From the NCBI GenBank assembly GCA_964408735.1, contig CAYPAX010000005.1, positions 374 through 64,373 on the forward strand: 64,000 nt of DNA, read 5' to 3'. The first letter of the stretch is position 1; the number at the start of each line of letters is the position of its first letter. Positions 59,798-64,000 of this stretch are shown here, in pieces. The translations under genes and the position numbers were made by a program. The notes under the pieces were generated by a model that was given only the letters and a program-made list of their open reading frames with translations, did not search any database and was not told the DNA's origin. This DNA comes from an uncultured Rhodospirillaceae bacterium. Lineage in GTDB: Bacteria; Pseudomonadota; Alphaproteobacteria; UBA7887.

Positions 59798-60136
59798 CTA
59801 TTCGCATTGCAGTGTCTGTGGGCCGGACATCAGGTTCTTGACGACCGTCTTTCCTTTGTAGTCGTATTCGATATTTACGAAACCGGCATACGTCTTCAAC
59901 CGGACGACATAGTGGAGGTTTTCGTCGTCCGCTTCATGGATCGGTTCCGGGTCGCCGGCAACGCCGTCGTTTGCGGCACGAATGCCGGTGCCGATCTTCT
60001 CGTAGGTCCGCCATTCCTGTTTGCTCTCGTCAAAACATGTCATGGCAAGCTCTACCGCCGCATCATCGGCATGGGCGGATGTGACAAGAGTGGCCGCGAG
60101 CCAGGTCGCAGCGGTCAGGAATCCTACGCGGGTCAT
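59798..60136 (-). CDS. Exported hypothetical protein with two cysteines
   Basis: AAGGAG RBS, signal peptide ending AHA, Cys near both ends of the mature chain. Confidence 0.65.
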   Translation of the reverse strand: MTRVGFLTAATWLAATLVTSAHADDAAVELAMTCFDESKQEWRTYEKIGTGIRAANDGVAGDPEPIHEADDENLHYVVRLKTYAGFVNIEYDYKGKTVVKNLMSGPQTLQCE

Positions 60137-60195
60137 CGTGCCAGCTCCTTATCTTCACTCGATCATTCTTATCGCGGAAGTATAGCATGCGCCCC

Positions 60196-61556
60196 TCACG
60201 CCGGCCGTGGCAACCGCACCACCGCCCGTAACCCCCCCTCCGCCATATTCTCCAGCGTCACTTCGCCGCCGTGGGCGCGGAGGATGGTGCGGGCTATGGC
60301 CAGGCCGAGGCCCATGCCGCCCGTGTCGGCGCCGCGGGCTTCGTCGAGGCGGGTGAAGGGGGCAAAGACGCGTTCCAGGTCCGCTTCCGGGATGCCGGGG
60401 CCTTGGTCGTCGATGGTGATGGTGACGGCGTCGGCGTCGGCTGCCAGGCGCAAGCTCGCCCGTTCACCGTGGCTGGCGGCGTTTTCGATGAGGTTGCGCA
60501 AGCTCCGGCGCAGGGCGGCCGGGCGGCAGGCGAGGACGGTGCGCTCGGCCGGTGCCATTTCCACCGCCAGGCCGAGTTCGCGCAGGTCTTCGGCGATGCT
60601 GTCGAGGAGTGCTGCGATATCGACCGGGCGGGTGTCGTCGGCTGCCGCCTCCTCGCGCAGGAAGGCCAGCGTCGCCTCGGTCATCTCGCGCATCTCGTCG
60701 AGGGTCTCGATTATCTTGGCGCGGGCTTCGGTGTCCTCGACCAGCTCCGCGCGCAAACGCAGGCTGGTGATCGGCGTGCGCAGGTCGTGGGAGATGGCGG
60801 CCAGCATCGCCGTGCGGTCGCGCATGAAGCGGTCGAGGCGCGCGTGCATGCGGTTGAAGGCGCGCACCGTGCGCCGGGCCTCGTCGGGGCCTTCCTCGGC
60901 GAGGTCCGGCACATCCTCGCCACGCCCGAGCCCGTCCGCCGCCTCGGCCAGGCGCCGCATGGGCCGCGACAGGCGCCGCGCCGCCAGCACGCCGACTCCG
61001 GCAACCGCAAAGCCGGACAAAACCAGCGAGACCAGGAACGGCGCCCCGAGCGGTGGCGCACCCGGCGCCGCGCCGGTCTCGGCATTGAGCCACATGTCTT
61101 CGGTCAGCGGCACGGAAAGCACAAGCCAGCGCAGCCGGCGGTGCTCACGCTCCTCGAAACGGTCATCCTCGTCATCCTCGTCGTCTCGCCAACGCCTGAC
61201 ATCGATGCCGACGCGGACCATGGACTCAGGCACTCCCATGGCATTGGCCAGGTCTTCGGCGAGCAGCGCCGAGGGTCCGAAGCGCGACTGGCGCTCGGTC
61301 GCCGCCTCGGGAGCGATCCAAAAGCGCAGGCGCCGCGAGCTGGCGGCGCGCAGCACGCGCTGGTGGGCGCGCGGCGGGGTCTCGGCGAGCAGGCGGGCAA
61401 GCCCGGCGGTGCGCGCCACCACGGTCTCGCGCAGCACCTGCCGCACGGCTTCGTGGCGCTCGTGGGCGAACATGGCGAAGGCGACGCCTTGGGCCACCAG
61501 CAGCGCCAACAGCAGCAGCAAGGTGAGGCGGCCGGCGAAGCCTTTCGGCATTAGGG

Positions 61557-61560
<4 letters not shown>
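60196..61560 (-). CDS. HAMP-domain sensor histidine kinase (EnvZ-like)
   Basis: Two TMs, HAMP, AAISHDLRTP, NLIENA, DQGPGI, GMGLGL. Confidence 0.93.
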
Positions 61561-62276
<716 letters not shown>

Positions 62277-62319
62277 GACTCAGTGCTAGCGCGTTTTGCC
62301 GGGCTGTGCGGCAGAAAAG

Positions 62320-62337
62320 TGTAACAGAGTGTGTCAG
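62320..62337. promoter_or_regulatory. Putative OmpR-family direct-repeat binding site in the divergent promoter
   Basis: TGTAACAG-agtg-TGTCAG, tandem TGT-like half-sites about one helical turn apart. Confidence 0.4.
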
Positions 62338-62445
62338 GGCGGCGCCCGCCCACGCTTTGCGACCATTTGCCCGGGCCCCTGCCATAGTTGCGCGACAACC
62401 GCTCCCTATGTTTCGGCCATCGCACACACAGACAGGAGACTTTCG

Positions 62446-62943
62446 ATGGCCGAACACAAGATGAAGTCCCGCACCAAGACCGTGATCGGCGTTGCCGTGG
62501 CTGCCGTGGTGGCCACCGTGGCGGTGGCCGGCGTGGTCCAGGCCGCGCGCGGCTATGGCGGCTGTGGCGGCATGGCCGGCAAGATGATCGGCCACCACGT
62601 GGTCGAGCGCTTCGACACGGACGGCGACGGCCGCCTGACCCAGGCCGAGATCGACGCCGCCCGAGCCGATCACATGGCGCGGTTCGACGCGAACAGCGAC
62701 GGTGCGCTCACGCTCGAAGAGTTCGAGGGCCTGTTCCACGAGCTGACCCAGCCGGTCACCGTGCGTGCCTTCCAGATGCTCGACCCGGACGGCGATGCCA
62801 GCATCAGCGCCGACGAGCTCGACAAGCGCCTGGCCCGTGCCGTCGCCCGTCACGATCGCAACGGCGACGGCGCCCTGTCACCCGACGACATGCGCCGCGG
62901 CCACTGGCGGGGCGAGCGCCATCACGACGAGAGCGACGACTAG
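62446..62943 (+). CDS. Exported EF-hand calcium-binding protein
   Basis: AGGAG RBS, signal peptide, four loops DTDGDG, DANSDG, DPDGDA, DRNGDG; His-rich tail. Confidence 0.9.
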   Translation: MAEHKMKSRTKTVIGVAVAAVVATVAVAGVVQAARGYGGCGGMAGKMIGHHVVERFDTDGDGRLTQAEIDAARADHMARFDANSDGALTLEEFEGLFHELTQPVTVRAFQMLDPDGDASISADELDKRLARAVARHDRNGDGALSPDDMRRGHWRGERHHDESDD

Positions 62944-62970
62944 AGGCCCAGCCGATACGCGTCTTGGGCA

Positions 62971-63873
62971 TCAGGGCACACCCCTTACCGCCCGCATCTC
63001 CACCCTGGCCAGAAACAGGGTGCTGGCGACGATGACGGCGGCGCCGGCCAGGGTCCAGAGGCCCGGCAGGTCGCCGAAGAGCGCAAAGCCGAAGGCGGTG
63101 GCGAAGAGCAGGCGGACGTAGTCGAAAGGCATCACCGCACTGGCTTCGCCGCTGCCGAGGGCGCGGATGGTGAAGGCCTGGGCGATCACGCCTAGGCCGC
63201 CGACCAGCGACAGCAGCACCAGCTCGACCAGGCTCGGTGTGCGCCAGACCACGAGCGCGGGCACGGCCGACAGCAGGGTCGAGACGACGCCGAAATAGGC
63301 CAGGATGGTGATCGGCCGCTCGCTCACTGCGAGCTGCTTGATGAGCAGCTTGACGCAAGCCGCGATGAAAGCGCCCGAGCGCGCCGCCACCGCTGCCAGG
63401 CCGTAGATGCCTTCGCCGCCACCGGGGCCGATCATCAGCAGCACACCGGCAAAGCCGGCCAGGGTCGCCAGCCAGCGGGCGCGGCGCATTTGCTCGCCAA
63501 GCACCAGGGCGGCAAGCGGTATCATAAATAGCGGCTGGGTGAAGCCGAGGGTGGTGACATCGGCAAGCGGCATGTGCGTGACGGCGTAGAAGCCGCAGAA
63601 CATGGCGATGACCCCGAGCACCACGCGCACGATATGGCGCCCCGGCCGACGCGTGCGCAGCGCCTGCAGCAGCCCCCCTGAGCGCAGTAGGAACGGCAGC
63701 AGGAAAAGCAGGCCGAGGAAGCAGCGAAAAAAGGCAATCTGGAACGGGTCGAGGCGCGCGCCGAGCACTTTCACGGTCGCACCCATGCAGGCGAAGCAGA
63801 GTCCGGCCAGGATGATCCAGATCGCCCCGCGGGCATTGCCGGGCAGCGCCGACCAGGCCTCGGCCGCCTTCAC
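62971..63873 (-). CDS. DMT/EamA family transporter
   Basis: About 10 TMs, FFRC, LGE, GFAGVL..I.PG, PFDY. Confidence 0.92.
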   Translation of the reverse strand: MKAAEAWSALPGNARGAIWIILAGLCFACMGATVKVLGARLDPFQIAFFRCFLGLLFLLPFLLRSGGLLQALRTRRPGRHIVRVVLGVIAMFCGFYAVTHMPLADVTTLGFTQPLFMIPLAALVLGEQMRRARWLATLAGFAGVLLMIGPGGGEGIYGLAAVAARSGAFIAACVKLLIKQLAVSERPITILAYFGVVSTLLSAVPALVVWRTPSLVELVLLSLVGGLGVIAQAFTIRALGSGEASAVMPFDYVRLLFATAFGFALFGDLPGLWTLAGAAVIVASTLFLARVEMRAVRGVP

Positions 63874-64000
63874 GCCTTTGCCGCCTGGCGCCGCAGCACG
63901 GCCTCGCGCCGCGCGATATAGACCGAGCTGGAGACGATCACGGCAGCGCCGATCCAGGTCCAGCTGTCAGGCACTTCGGCGAAGGCGACATAGCCGATGA
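63870..64000 (-). CDS. 3' end of a second DMT/EamA transporter (partial)
   Basis: IGYVAFAEVPDSWTWIGAAVIVSSSVYIARRE...stop, GTGA-coupled to the next gene. Confidence 0.8.
   Translation of the reverse strand, partial: IGYVAFAEVPDSWTWIGAAVIVSSSVYIARREAVLRRQAAKA

Overview
High-GC alphaproteobacterial chromosome segment; ccrM, DUF1013/TrcR and the rnhB-ccrM-mutY-DUF721-dsbA-smc-atp(F0) synteny support this placement. The right half (about 24.5-64 kb) is mostly housekeeping, acyl-CoA/organic-acid catabolism and a two-component locus. The left part, downstream of tRNA-Val(GAC), holds an accessory block of periplasmic redox genes (about 5-20 kb): a Tat-exported FccB/SoxF-type flavoprotein, a non-canonical SoxYZ pair, a Tat-exported IorAB-type molybdoenzyme with two tandem cytochromes c, and a four-gene HAO operon. 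That operon is the most striking feature. A split, heme-ci-type cytochrome b6 and a subunit IV fused to a c-heme precede an octaheme HAO (haoA) and haoB, with no Rieske protein and no c554/cM552 in the window. The HAO keeps the P460 cross-link Tyr motif but has Ala at the conserved active-site Asp. Other observations are two genes (ispE, haoB) that seem to need CTG starts, a 265-bp MITE with perfect 32-bp inverted repeats, two small unannotated-type ORFs and two secreted Cys-capped pentapeptide-repeat proteins. All calls come from recognising motifs by eye; no searches were run, so novelty claims are unverified.
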